Shown: in pieces, positions 28,001-36,867 of the stretch
Layout: every line of letters begins with the position of its first letter
Numbering within the stretch: position 1 is the stretch's first letter
DNA from: Candidatus Nomurabacteria bacterium RIFCSPHIGHO2_12_FULL_42_19
Lineage (GTDB): Bacteria > Patescibacteriota > Minisyncoccia > Phycocordibacterales > UBA9973
DNA: 64,000 nt
Direction of reading: 5' to 3'
NCBI GenBank assembly: GCA_001786955.1
Contig: MFUM01000001.1
Coordinates: 410-64,409 of the forward strand
Made by a program: the position numbers and the translations under genes
The notes under the pieces: model-generated
Database searches by the model: none
What the model was told of the DNA's origin: nothing
Seen by the model: the letters and a program-made list of their open reading frames with translations, nothing else

Positions 28001-29636
28001 AACAATATTAATAATTTTTGCGTTCGTTAGTTTTTTTAACACTGCTTATGCAACACTCAATATAGACACAACAGTGGATGTGCCCGTAAGTTGTAGTGTG
28101 ACGGACACTGATGGAGCAGTGCACAACTATCCCCAAGCCGATTCGTATCTGGCTATCTGCGCTCTGGAAAAAGCACTTGAGCAAAATATAGTTAGTGCTA
28201 TTGACTTCGTGGATTTTGGTTTTGGACTTTTTATAAATAGCGTTAACAATATTTCACAGAATAATACATACTGGCAACTTCGACTAAATAATGTTAGTGC
28301 GAGTGTTGGCGTATCAGATCTTACATTACAGGCAGGCGATATAGTATCACTAATACTAACAGCTTTCGACCCCATAACTTTTGCAGAAACATCCTTGGAA
28401 GATCAGGTAATACTTCATATAAATTCGTTAATCGCTCCGCCACTAATAAACTCGGGAGGAGGACCGCTATTTGTTGAATCTAATCCAGTCACAGCTTCCC
28501 CTTCCGTTAATTCCACGATATCTGCTCCTGAAACGAAACCTGCTTTTGATATTGAAAAAGCTTTTAAATTCATAACTTCACAACAAAAAGAGAACGGGTC
28601 TTTCGGCGAAGATCTTTATACGGATTGGACTGCTATGGCCTTAGCATCGGGAAATTATCAAGAGCAAACGATAAAATTGGTTAAATATTTTGGAGAATCT
28701 AAAATTGAAAATCCTCTCTTGACGGACTATGAAAGACGCGCCATGGCTTTGATGGCGCTCGGACTTAACCCGTATAACACTAACGGTGAAAATTATATTG
28801 AGAAAATAGTCAATAGTTTTGACGGCAAACAATTCGGCAATGCCAATGAAGACAATGATGATATTTTTGCTTTGATAGTTCTGCAAAATGCAGGTTATGG
28901 CCAAGGTGAAAAAATGATAAATGACGATATAAGTTTTGTCCTGAGCCGGCAAAGAGAAAATGGCTCCTGGGATGAATCTGTGGATATGACCGGAGCAGCC
29001 ATAGAGGCTCTTGCTAATTTTAATCAAAAAATAGACCCTCTCCTGACCTCTCCCTTAGCAGGAGGAGAAGTAATCTCAAACGCATTAATGAAAGCAAGAG
29101 AATTTTTGAAACAAAATCAGAAAGACAACGGTGGCTGGAATAATGCTTCTTCTACCGCTTGGGCGCTGGAAGGAATCTTGGCACTCAATGAAAAACCGGA
29201 AGATTGGACGAAAAATGACCTCGCCAAGGACGGGGCAAGCAACACGCCACTTGATTATCTCGCAACAATCCAGGACACCGATGGAGGAATAAAAAATGAA
29301 AATCTAAACAATAAAATTTGGGAAACTGCTTATGTCGCCTCCATTTTATCCGATAAAACCTGGAATCAAATAATGCAGAAATTCGAAAAACCAGTAGTCA
29401 CTGAAATTCAACAAGAATCTATACAAAAAGAAGAAACTAAAACTATGGTAGTTAAAAAAAGCCCGATTGCAAAAGTAAATAATCCAAATGATAATAAAAT
29501 AAAATTAGAAAATATAGCAGGACAAAACACCGCAATTGCTCTCTCTGCCACTCAAAATACAGAAACACCCGCGCTGGCGCAACCGGTAAAAAAGAACTGG
29601 TTTATGAAATTACTGGATAGTATTTTCGGCTTTTAG
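27966..29636 (+). CDS. secreted DUF4430 plus alpha/alpha-toroid (prenyltransferase/terpene-cyclase-like repeat) protein; transcobalamin-like
   Basis: Signal peptide. N-terminal TYWQLRLNNVSASVGVSDLTLQAGDIVSLIL is DUF4430-like. Later repeats are GSFGEDLYTDWTAMAL, NGSWDESVDMTGAAIEAL and NGGWNNASSTAWALEGI. Confidence 0.5.
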   Translation: MSLGNMKNQIFKTILIIFAFVSFFNTAYATLNIDTTVDVPVSCSVTDTDGAVHNYPQADSYLAICALEKALEQNIVSAIDFVDFGFGLFINSVNNISQNNTYWQLRLNNVSASVGVSDLTLQAGDIVSLILTAFDPITFAETSLEDQVILHINSLIAPPLINSGGGPLFVESNPVTASPSVNSTISAPETKPAFDIEKAFKFITSQQKENGSFGEDLYTDWTAMALASGNYQEQTIKLVKYFGESKIENPLLTDYERRAMALMALGLNPYNTNGENYIEKIVNSFDGKQFGNANEDNDDIFALIVLQNAGYGQGEKMINDDISFVLSRQRENGSWDESVDMTGAAIEALANFNQKIDPLLTSPLAGGEVISNALMKAREFLKQNQKDNGGWNNASSTAWALEGILALNEKPEDWTKNDLAKDGASNTPLDYLATIQDTDGGIKNENLNNKIWETAYVASILSDKTWNQIMQKFEKPVVTEIQQESIQKEETKTMVVKKSPIAKVNNPNDNKIKLENIAGQNTAIALSATQNTETPALAQPVKKNWFMKLLDSIFGF

Positions 29637-30040
29637 AATAAAGCTGCCACCCAGGGAAGCGGAACAGCAAGAAGCATCAGCACAGCTCCGAGGAGCGCTA
29701 AATTCTTTTTGAAGTTGATTTCTTCTCCCATTCTTGCGTTTTGGTCGGCAATTTTCCAATATTGATGCATTTGGAGGGTCGTGACGAATAAAAATACCGC
29801 AAGCAGAAGCACTGAAAGTTGTATGTAGATACCTAAAAATATCCCTAGACCCCCTAAAACCATCATAAGTCCGGTCAAAAGCACAGATTCTCTCGGCATT
29901 GGCACACCTTTTGACTGCGCATAGCCGGTCAGCATCCCGAGATGCCTGAAATGGTTAAGGCCGCTCATTATAAAATAACCTCCCAACAATATCCTGCCCA
30001 ATAAAAATAAATAAACCATAATTTTATGTTCCCTAGGCAA
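29633..30040 (-). CDS. DoxX family membrane protein
   Basis: LLGRILLGGYFIMSGLNHF and a 4-TM topology. Confidence 0.55.
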   Translation of the reverse strand: MPREHKIMVYLFLLGRILLGGYFIMSGLNHFRHLGMLTGYAQSKGVPMPRESVLLTGLMMVLGGLGIFLGIYIQLSVLLLAVFLFVTTLQMHQYWKIADQNARMGEEINFKKNLALLGAVLMLLAVPLPWVAALF

Positions 30041-30088
30041 GGCCTAAGATTAATATTAATAAATCTATTATACACGACAATCATTATT

Positions 30089-30619
30089 TTACAATATATT
30101 GCGTATCCAAAATCTTAGTTTGCATACGCCTTTTACCTTGATTTTATTTCCCAACACTCCGCCATTTTTTTCTATAACTTTCCTGGAAGCAATATTGCCT
30201 TCATCACAAGTGATTAAGGCTTTTTTGATGCCGAGTTGTTTAGTTTTTTTGAGCCCCAATCGCAACATTTCTGTGGCATAGCCTTTTTTTCGTTCTGAAG
30301 GCGCGACTGCATAACCGATATGCCCACCTATAATCCTAAGATTCTTATTTAAGCGATGCCGAATATCTAAACGCCCGACGATTTTATTCCCCACGACTGC
30401 CCAATAGAGTGTTGCGGGCACTCTGCCTTTTTCCAAATTAATTCCTCTTCTGTCGTTAATCATTTTTCTGTTGTAAAGGGAAAAATCTTTTAAAGATTTG
30501 AATAAATCCATACCTCTCGAGGCAGTCTTGCTTCCCTCTGCTCGAAATTCCTTTTCCATCTTTAAGTATGAAGTAGCATATTTCTTATTCGGCAAAATTA
30601 GTTTTAATTTGTGTTTCAT
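30089..30619 (-). CDS. GNAT family N-acetyltransferase
   Basis: GKGYATEMLRLGL...ALITCDEGNIASRKVIEKNGG matches acetyl-CoA binding motif A. Confidence 0.7.
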   Translation of the reverse strand: MKHKLKLILPNKKYATSYLKMEKEFRAEGSKTASRGMDLFKSLKDFSLYNRKMINDRRGINLEKGRVPATLYWAVVGNKIVGRLDIRHRLNKNLRIIGGHIGYAVAPSERKKGYATEMLRLGLKKTKQLGIKKALITCDEGNIASRKVIEKNGGVLGNKIKVKGVCKLRFWIRNIL

Positions 30620-31224
30620 TTTTTATATTCAACTATTTTCCCTGCCTCTATTTCAATTTTGTCCGCCTTGCGGAGATTTTTAATATAAAATTTCGGGACC
30701 ATATCGTAATGTTTTATTTTATCCAGCTTTTTATCTATATACCAAAGGTCAACTTTTGAGACCGCCCAATTTTTTTTCAAAGTATTCAAATCCAAAAGCG
30801 CGGAGTATTGCCTTAATGTTTTCCGGCCATCATTTAAAAAATATTCGTGAAAATACGACATTGCCAGCTCGCGGATGTTTTTATAAATCGGCTCGCGGTA
30901 GCGCAAAATCGCGTGGTTAGTTTTTGATAATGCGCCCCAAAAACTTCTAACCTTAAAAGGAGCAACAACATGGTCATAATCCCCTCTTGTTGTCTTTAGA
31001 TGCATTAAATAAGGCTTAAAACCGTGCTGTGACAAGATATAAGCCCCAAGGAGCGCTCCTTCAAAACAATGCGCTCTCTTAGCCCTTAATGTAAAAAGGG
31101 GGCTTTTTAGGGTCTCCCTGCCTTTCTCAAAATTAAACTGCAGTCCATTTAAATAATCCTGCACTTTGGCGGGAGTGTTTAACTTTTTGATTAAAGTTAT
31201 TTCATTTTTAGTAAACGAGAACAT
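30616..31224 (-). CDS. hypothetical protein, possible transglutaminase-like cysteine peptidase fold
   Basis: AHCFEGALLGAYIL resembles the transglutaminase-like Cys motif, followed by a His and Asp. Weak. Confidence 0.3.
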   Translation of the reverse strand: MFSFTKNEITLIKKLNTPAKVQDYLNGLQFNFEKGRETLKSPLFTLRAKRAHCFEGALLGAYILSQHGFKPYLMHLKTTRGDYDHVVAPFKVRSFWGALSKTNHAILRYREPIYKNIRELAMSYFHEYFLNDGRKTLRQYSALLDLNTLKKNWAVSKVDLWYIDKKLDKIKHYDMVPKFYIKNLRKADKIEIEAGKIVEYKK

Positions 31225-31848
31225 TTATTGATTCAATATACATGATGGATATGAAGACCATCCGCACTGCCCGTCTTGTTGACGCTCACAAGTTGAGTTT
31301 CCGCAATTATATTTATATCCTCCGGGAGGATATTCACAGGTAGTTACTAAATCTTTTTTATCGGAGCAAATTTGTCCGCCGCATCCGCCGACATAACAAG
31401 GACCTTCCGAGCGTCCGGGAAATTCGACAAGAATTGTCATGCTGCTCTCTGTGGCATTTTGCAAGCGAAAAGTATAACCTTCAAATGTCACGCTTTTATT
31501 ATTTTCAGTTCCCAGGCGTATTTCTGATGATTTTGACAATTTTCCGCCGGAAGCCATGAAAGTTCCCGCAAGCTCCCCCGCCCAAATACATTGCACATCT
31601 TTCGGACAGCGCGAATCGTTTATTCCCTTCAGCTCGACATTTAGACCATCAGAAAAAGCAGTCTTGTCATTCAATTTAAATGTAATAACTTTGCCAAATT
31701 CCGAAAAACCATTTATAGGATTTTCTACGGGCTTTCCCGTATCTGTATCCCCTTGTTTAATAATTTTGTTATTTGATTCAATAGCCAAAAATCCAAGACC
31801 CGCAACGATTCCCAAACCCAAAACACTTAAAACAAGATTTTTATACAT
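31225..31848 (-). CDS. secreted protein with C-terminal eight-cysteine domain
   Basis: Signal peptide. The C-terminal region GPCYVGGCGGQICSDKK...CEYPPGGYKYNCGNSTCERQQDGQCGW is Cys-rich. Confidence 0.45.
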   Translation of the reverse strand: MYKNLVLSVLGLGIVAGLGFLAIESNNKIIKQGDTDTGKPVENPINGFSEFGKVITFKLNDKTAFSDGLNVELKGINDSRCPKDVQCIWAGELAGTFMASGGKLSKSSEIRLGTENNKSVTFEGYTFRLQNATESSMTILVEFPGRSEGPCYVGGCGGQICSDKKDLVTTCEYPPGGYKYNCGNSTCERQQDGQCGWSSYPSCILNQ

Positions 31849-31874
31849 AGATTAATTATAACGCAAATAGAATT

Positions 31875-33410
31875 TTATTCAAATTCGGTTGTGGCGGGAG
31901 GCTTGGGAGTGAAATCATAAAAGACGCGGACAATTTTCGGATGTTTGATGAGAGCGCCGGTAATTTCTTCGCAAATTTCTTTATTTAAATAAAAACCCTT
32001 GACTGTCATAAAATCAACAGTTTCTACCGTGCGGACTACTATGGAATATCCATACACCCGCCCGTCTCCTTTCACGCCGACAGTATTTACTCCGAGAAGT
32101 GCAACAATTGTCTGCGCAATTTTATCGTATAAATTGTGTTTCTTTAAAATTTCGGCGACCTCATAATCCGCTTCGCGCACAATTTCAAGCAACTCGCTCG
32201 AGACCGGCACGCCGACGATACGCAGATATAATCCGGGTCCCGGGAAAGGCTGCCGGCCGGCTAAAAGCTCTTCTAGCCCGAATTCGCGGGCAAATTCGCG
32301 CACTTCAAATTTAAAAAAATCGGATAAAGGCATTATTTCTGTCAGCCCCAAGTCTAAATCCACATTGTGATGCGTTTTTATAAGCGCAGAATTCCCGGCA
32401 TTTCCGGATTCTATCAAATCTGTCGCCAGCGTCCCTTGTATCATATGCGTCGCATTACACGAGCGGGCTACTTCGCGAAAAACTTCGCCATAAACTTCCC
32501 GAAAATGCGCGCGCTTCTTTTCGGCATCTATACTCTGTCCGACACTCTCTATAAATTTATTTTTATATTTATCAACCACTTCCAAATTGATTCCGGATTT
32601 TTTCGCAATTTTTTTCACTTTCTCAATTTCATCCTTGCGCATTCCGCCGGTATCTATCATAAATGCTTTCAATTTATCGCCCAGGATCGGCGTGAGAATT
32701 GCGGCAAGAGTGGTAGAATCCACCCCGCCGGACACTCCGATAATTGCCGTGCCGCTGCCTAATATTTTTTTTGTATTTGCGCGTATTTCTTCGATTACAT
32801 TTTTTTTATCATAATCCTTTACACAACCGCAAATATCGCTCGCAAAATTATTTAAAATAATATTTTCATCTTCCGTCTGCTCGACTTCCGGATGGAATTG
32901 AACTGCCCAAAGTTTCTTATCCGCGCATTCTATGGCTTCTATCACTTTTTTATTATTAGAAGTGGCAATAATATCAAAACCCGCCGGAACATTCTTCACG
33001 GAATCCCCATGGCTGGACCAGGCGCTAATTTTCTTCGCCAGATTTTTAAAAAGTCTGCTTTCACTTAAGGAAACTTCTACCGGCCCGTAAGACTTGCCTT
33101 CTTTTATTGCCTGAATGGCATTTTTATCGTGTATATACGCGAGCCATTGCATGCCTAAGCAAATCCCTAAAATCGGTACGCCGAGACCCAGTATTTCTTT
33201 CGGGATTTCCGGCGTATCGGCATCGGATATGTTTATCGTTCCTCCGGAGAGAATTATGCTTTTCGGCTTGTTTATTTTTGCCCATTCCAGAGATTTTTCC
33301 GGAGAAATAATAATTGAATGAAAACCTAAGTAGCGCAGGCTGCGCCTGATAATTTGGGTATATTGCGAACCGAGGTCAATAATTAATATTTGAATCGCCC
33401 TATCCTGCAT
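31875..33410 (-). CDS. guaA: GMP synthase (glutamine-hydrolysing)
   Basis: GATase class I GICLGMQ, PP-loop SGGVDS, and a C-terminal dimerisation domain. Confidence 0.9.
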   Translation of the reverse strand: MQDRAIQILIIDLGSQYTQIIRRSLRYLGFHSIIISPEKSLEWAKINKPKSIILSGGTINISDADTPEIPKEILGLGVPILGICLGMQWLAYIHDKNAIQAIKEGKSYGPVEVSLSESRLFKNLAKKISAWSSHGDSVKNVPAGFDIIATSNNKKVIEAIECADKKLWAVQFHPEVEQTEDENIILNNFASDICGCVKDYDKKNVIEEIRANTKKILGSGTAIIGVSGGVDSTTLAAILTPILGDKLKAFMIDTGGMRKDEIEKVKKIAKKSGINLEVVDKYKNKFIESVGQSIDAEKKRAHFREVYGEVFREVARSCNATHMIQGTLATDLIESGNAGNSALIKTHHNVDLDLGLTEIMPLSDFFKFEVREFAREFGLEELLAGRQPFPGPGLYLRIVGVPVSSELLEIVREADYEVAEILKKHNLYDKIAQTIVALLGVNTVGVKGDGRVYGYSIVVRTVETVDFMTVKGFYLNKEICEEITGALIKHPKIVRVFYDFTPKPPATTEFE

Positions 33411-33800
33411 TGGTAGATTGTATCACAAAATATATACAAAAATGAATTTAAAAAACGTTCTGGACAAAATAAAGATTTAGTGTATAGTTTTGGGATGATA
33501 TTGTTCCTTCGGCATTTAGTTCAGTGGGCGGTTATCGCCCTTTCGGGAGGGTTTTTTCTCCCGAATTACGTGCCCCCAGAAAACGGCGACCGAGCCGTTT
33601 TAAATCGTATCATCCATCGGCGCGACTAGTTAAACATCAACTGGCCGCGCCGAATCATTTTTACCCAAATTCCAACTATTTCTTCTTTGCCTTTTTGGGC
33701 TTCTTTACATCTTTTCTATATGCGTTATTTCCTTTTCCCATTGATTTTGCGAAAAACGTTGCGCAATCATTATAATTAGCGAGACGCAGTTTTAGTTAAT

Positions 33801-33842
33801 CCCGACGAACTTCGTTGTCGGGATCCCGACTTTACGTCGGGG
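33801..33842. repeat. REP-like twin-hairpin element, copy 3, just 3' of dsbB
   Basis: cccgacgaacttcgttgtcggg plus cccgactttacgtcgggg. Confidence 0.55.
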
Positions 33843-33855
33843 CTAATAATCTAAA

Positions 33856-34401
33856 TTAATCTTCTTTCTTGTAAAAATGAGCAACCAAGACAATGGCAAT
33901 CAGCGCCAAATAACCGCTTAAAGCAAGCATCGGGAAAGAAATATATCCCCCGAATGCGGATATCAGCTGCTGATAGCAAGACACGCCGGAAGCATCGCAC
34001 GGCAGGCTGGAACCTCCTCCGAAGTAATAGAAAAAATTCTGATAAACGGAAAAAATAAAACCAACACCAAGGAGCGGAAGCACATATTTTACTATTTTTC
34101 TATCCTTGCTCCAGATAGCCGTCCCAAAAATAAAGGGGAGCGGAAACAAAAATATTCTTTGATACCAGCACAGATAACAGGGCACAAAACCGATTATTTC
34201 CGAATACACGAGAGAAAACAACGAGGCAAGAAGAGATATAATAAAACCAAGCGTCAGATAGTGCTTGTCGACAAAACTTAAAAAGATATTTTGCTTGGGT
34301 CCTATAAAAAGTAAAAATAGAGCAATGACAGCAAAAATTTGCAAAAATATCGCCCCAGCCCCCAGAAACATATTAAGATAATTTACAGCTTCTAGATTCA
34401 T
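33856..34401 (-). CDS. dsbB: disulfide bond formation protein B (BdbC-like)
   Basis: PCYLCWYQR plus a second Cys pair (CDASGVSC), with 4 TM helices. Confidence 0.7.
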   Translation of the reverse strand: MNLEAVNYLNMFLGAGAIFLQIFAVIALFLLFIGPKQNIFLSFVDKHYLTLGFIISLLASLFSLVYSEIIGFVPCYLCWYQRIFLFPLPFIFGTAIWSKDRKIVKYVLPLLGVGFIFSVYQNFFYYFGGGSSLPCDASGVSCYQQLISAFGGYISFPMLALSGYLALIAIVLVAHFYKKED

Positions 34402-34402
34402 A

Positions 34403-34789
34403 TTATTCCGGCAACACGCATGAAGTTTTTTCGGATAATTTGGTGAGCGAAACTTCTCCAGTCAACCTTGAACCATCGGCAAATTCCCAAGTTGGATAAC
34501 CTTCTATTTTTTTATCTATGCAAGCCTGCGTCTGACCTTGTCCGCTGGCGAGAGAACATTCAACGTAAGGCAATAGTTTTTGGGAGGTGCCAAACATTTT
34601 TTTTTGCGCCTGGCAATGCGAGCACCAAAAAGCACCATAGAAAACCGCGCCCTTATCTTTTAAACAAGTTGCAAAACTGTCATACGGACCGGGTCCGGCA
34701 GGCGCCCCATTTGAACGAAGCAGGACGGTTGCAATCACTCCTAAAACCAAGAGACCGATTATCAAAAAGAAAACTTTTTTATTATCCAT
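34403..34789 (-). CDS. membrane-anchored thioredoxin-fold thiol:disulfide oxidoreductase (DsbA/BdbD-like partner)
   Basis: FWCSHCQ CxxC motif after an N-terminal TM segment. Adjacent to DsbB. Confidence 0.65.
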   Translation of the reverse strand: MDNKKVFFLIIGLLVLGVIATVLLRSNGAPAGPGPYDSFATCLKDKGAVFYGAFWCSHCQAQKKMFGTSQKLLPYVECSLASGQGQTQACIDKKIEGYPTWEFADGSRLTGEVSLTKLSEKTSCVLPE

Positions 34790-34806
34790 AATTTTATTAT
34801 ATCAAT

Positions 34807-35187
34807 TTAAAAAATCTTTGGCAAAAAAACAATAAATCCGACAATTATTGCCACAAATACAGACAATAATACGGCGGCGGCGGCTACATCTTTGGTGTCT
34901 CTGGCATAGGGATGATATTCCGGCGAAGTCAGGTCTATGTCTATTTCAATAGCCGTATTAAATGCCTCTGAGATTATCACAAAACCGATAGCGAAAATCA
35001 AAGCAATCCATTCAATACCGGAAATATGAAAATAAAATCCCAAAAATATCACAACCAGGGCTGCAATGATGTGTATAAATAAATGCCTTGTTGTTTTCCA
35101 AACAATATACATTCCCCTGAATGCGTTTAAAAATTTCTGACTATATTTCACTTCCCGCCACGCTTTTTTTTCTTTTTGAGAATCCAT
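34807..35187 (-). CDS. dgkA: diacylglycerol/undecaprenol kinase
   Basis: EAFNTAIEIDIDLTSPEYHPYARDTKDVAAAAVLL matches the prokaryotic DAGK signature. Confidence 0.75.
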   Translation of the reverse strand: MDSQKEKKAWREVKYSQKFLNAFRGMYIVWKTTRHLFIHIIAALVVIFLGFYFHISGIEWIALIFAIGFVIISEAFNTAIEIDIDLTSPEYHPYARDTKDVAAAAVLLSVFVAIIVGFIVFLPKIF

Positions 35188-35190
35188 TTT

Positions 35191-35640
35191 TTATTCAACT
35201 TTTAAGGTCCCTTTCATCCCCATAGCCCGGTGAGTTCCAACAGAACAATAATATTCAAAACTTCCTGTTTTGTCCGCTGTAAATTCCAAAACTTCAGTAG
35301 CTGGTGATTGTGCTTGTTTTGTGGCAACTCCATATTCATCGATTTTGAAATCATGAAATCCCTGAGTGTTCTGAAAAGTTATTTTAACCCTATCTCCCCT
35401 TTTTGCTGTTATTAAAGAAGGTGAGAAAGAGAAATTTTGACCCGATACGACAAATTCTTTTATTGCTAATTGTTCTTCGGTGTTAGGTGCATCTATTGTT
35501 GGCATTTCATTACTTACTACACCACCCTCTCCGGTGTCTTTATTTAATGTTGGCGCCTCTAATTTTGTACTCCTAGTCATAAAAAACAACCCCCCTGCAA
35601 CTAAAACTAAAACAATTACTGCTATGTATATATTTTTCAT
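35191..35640 (-). CDS. cupredoxin (blue-copper) domain protein
   Basis: C-terminal YYCSVGTHRAMGMKG has a Cys-His-Met type-1 copper ligand pattern, plus an earlier GFHDF His. Confidence 0.6.
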   Translation of the reverse strand: MKNIYIAVIVLVLVAGGLFFMTRSTKLEAPTLNKDTGEGGVVSNEMPTIDAPNTEEQLAIKEFVVSGQNFSFSPSLITAKRGDRVKITFQNTQGFHDFKIDEYGVATKQAQSPATEVLEFTADKTGSFEYYCSVGTHRAMGMKGTLKVE

Positions 35641-35655
35641 ATTTATATAATAATA

Positions 35656-36813
35656 CTATTGGTATTGTATGTAAATAGGTCGCGGGCTTAGTTTTAAAAG
35701 CTTCTCCGGCGTCATCAATAAGGTTCCCGGGCCAAGAGTGTCGTTTTTGTAAAATAATTTAAAACCGGTAAATTGCACGGGTTCTTTATAAATAAACTGC
35801 TGGTAGGTATTTATCTTCTTCGCCTCGCCTCCCCAACCGTCCATGTGCATCACAATCTGCACTTCCGGCAATGTTTTAATCTGCTTGTAATTGGTAACCA
35901 TTTTCTGAGTGTAGCGGTGAATAGTGAGAATTTTAGGAGTGAGGTTATTTCCCCGCACCAAGCCGGCTAAATAATTTAAGGCAAAATTTATATCAGTTGC
36001 GTCCAGGGTGCCGACGATTTTCCCCGGCCTGATGCCACTTTTCATGGAAAATTCGGGATCAATTCCCAGATGCACATTGGGCATTTTAAAATATTTCTCC
36101 AATAAAGGGATTTCCTTTTCTACGCTGGAAAAGCCAAGCTGAATATCAAGAAAAACAATTGCATTCCCGCCTGCATCAGCTGTGCCTGAAGCATTGCGGG
36201 CAGGTATTTTTGCCGCCATCGCTAAAACTTTATCTATTTCCGAATAAGGCATTCTAAATCTGTATTTGCCGTCATCCCCAGGCTTGTTTTGGGCCACGAC
36301 CGCAATATAGTGGAGCGCCGGAACAACCGGCGTGTCAGGGTCAGCTTCTTCCCATTTCTTTACTTCAGCCCCAAGTTTTACGAGCATTTCTTCTTCAGGA
36401 TATTGCCCCAAAACTCCCATTTTTGTGGAATATAAATTTCCATAATAAGCAACAATACGTTTGAATGGCAAAATCGCGCCGGGGTTTGGATAGGGGGTTT
36501 TTACCGGCCAGGGACTGGACGGAGTGGGTTTGGGCTCTATAGTTATGGTTGTTTCTTCTCCGGTTTTTGGGTCCTTGATAATTTTTTTAACTGGTTCTTT
36601 GGGGAGAGGATTATTGGCTATTTCATTTATTTTCTTATCGTAGGCGATAATATCGAGCGGAGGAATTGGCAGAGGCAAATTTTTTTCTGTTAATTTTTTT
36701 TCTTCTTCCGGTTTTTTATAATAAACATCGTCGCCGAAAAATCCGGAAACGTTAAGAACCAAAACGCAAAAAAGTGTCGCAACTATTGAAAAAATCCAGA
36801 TTTTTTTACTCAT
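35656..36813 (-). CDS. secreted hypothetical protein
   Basis: N-terminal TM/signal. No motif recognised. Confidence 0.45.
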   Translation of the reverse strand: MSKKIWIFSIVATLFCVLVLNVSGFFGDDVYYKKPEEEKKLTEKNLPLPIPPLDIIAYDKKINEIANNPLPKEPVKKIIKDPKTGEETTITIEPKPTPSSPWPVKTPYPNPGAILPFKRIVAYYGNLYSTKMGVLGQYPEEEMLVKLGAEVKKWEEADPDTPVVPALHYIAVVAQNKPGDDGKYRFRMPYSEIDKVLAMAAKIPARNASGTADAGGNAIVFLDIQLGFSSVEKEIPLLEKYFKMPNVHLGIDPEFSMKSGIRPGKIVGTLDATDINFALNYLAGLVRGNNLTPKILTIHRYTQKMVTNYKQIKTLPEVQIVMHMDGWGGEAKKINTYQQFIYKEPVQFTGFKLFYKNDTLGPGTLLMTPEKLLKLSPRPIYIQYQ

Positions 36814-36867
36814 TTTAGTTAAGTATAGCGGGGAAAATACATTTCTGCAATGTATTACAGGAATCTA

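Noticed and set aside
33411-33520. Purine (guanine) riboswitch in the guaA 5' UTR
   Set aside because: The reverse-complemented leader lacks the conserved UAUA...CGNGGAUAUGGC...CUACC...CCGUAAAU elements of the purine aptamer.
33524-33775. 83-aa GTG-initiated ORF in the guaA-dsbB intergenic region
   Set aside because: No Shine-Dalgarno sequence and a non-ATG start. It overlaps hairpin-rich sequence. Treated as non-coding.
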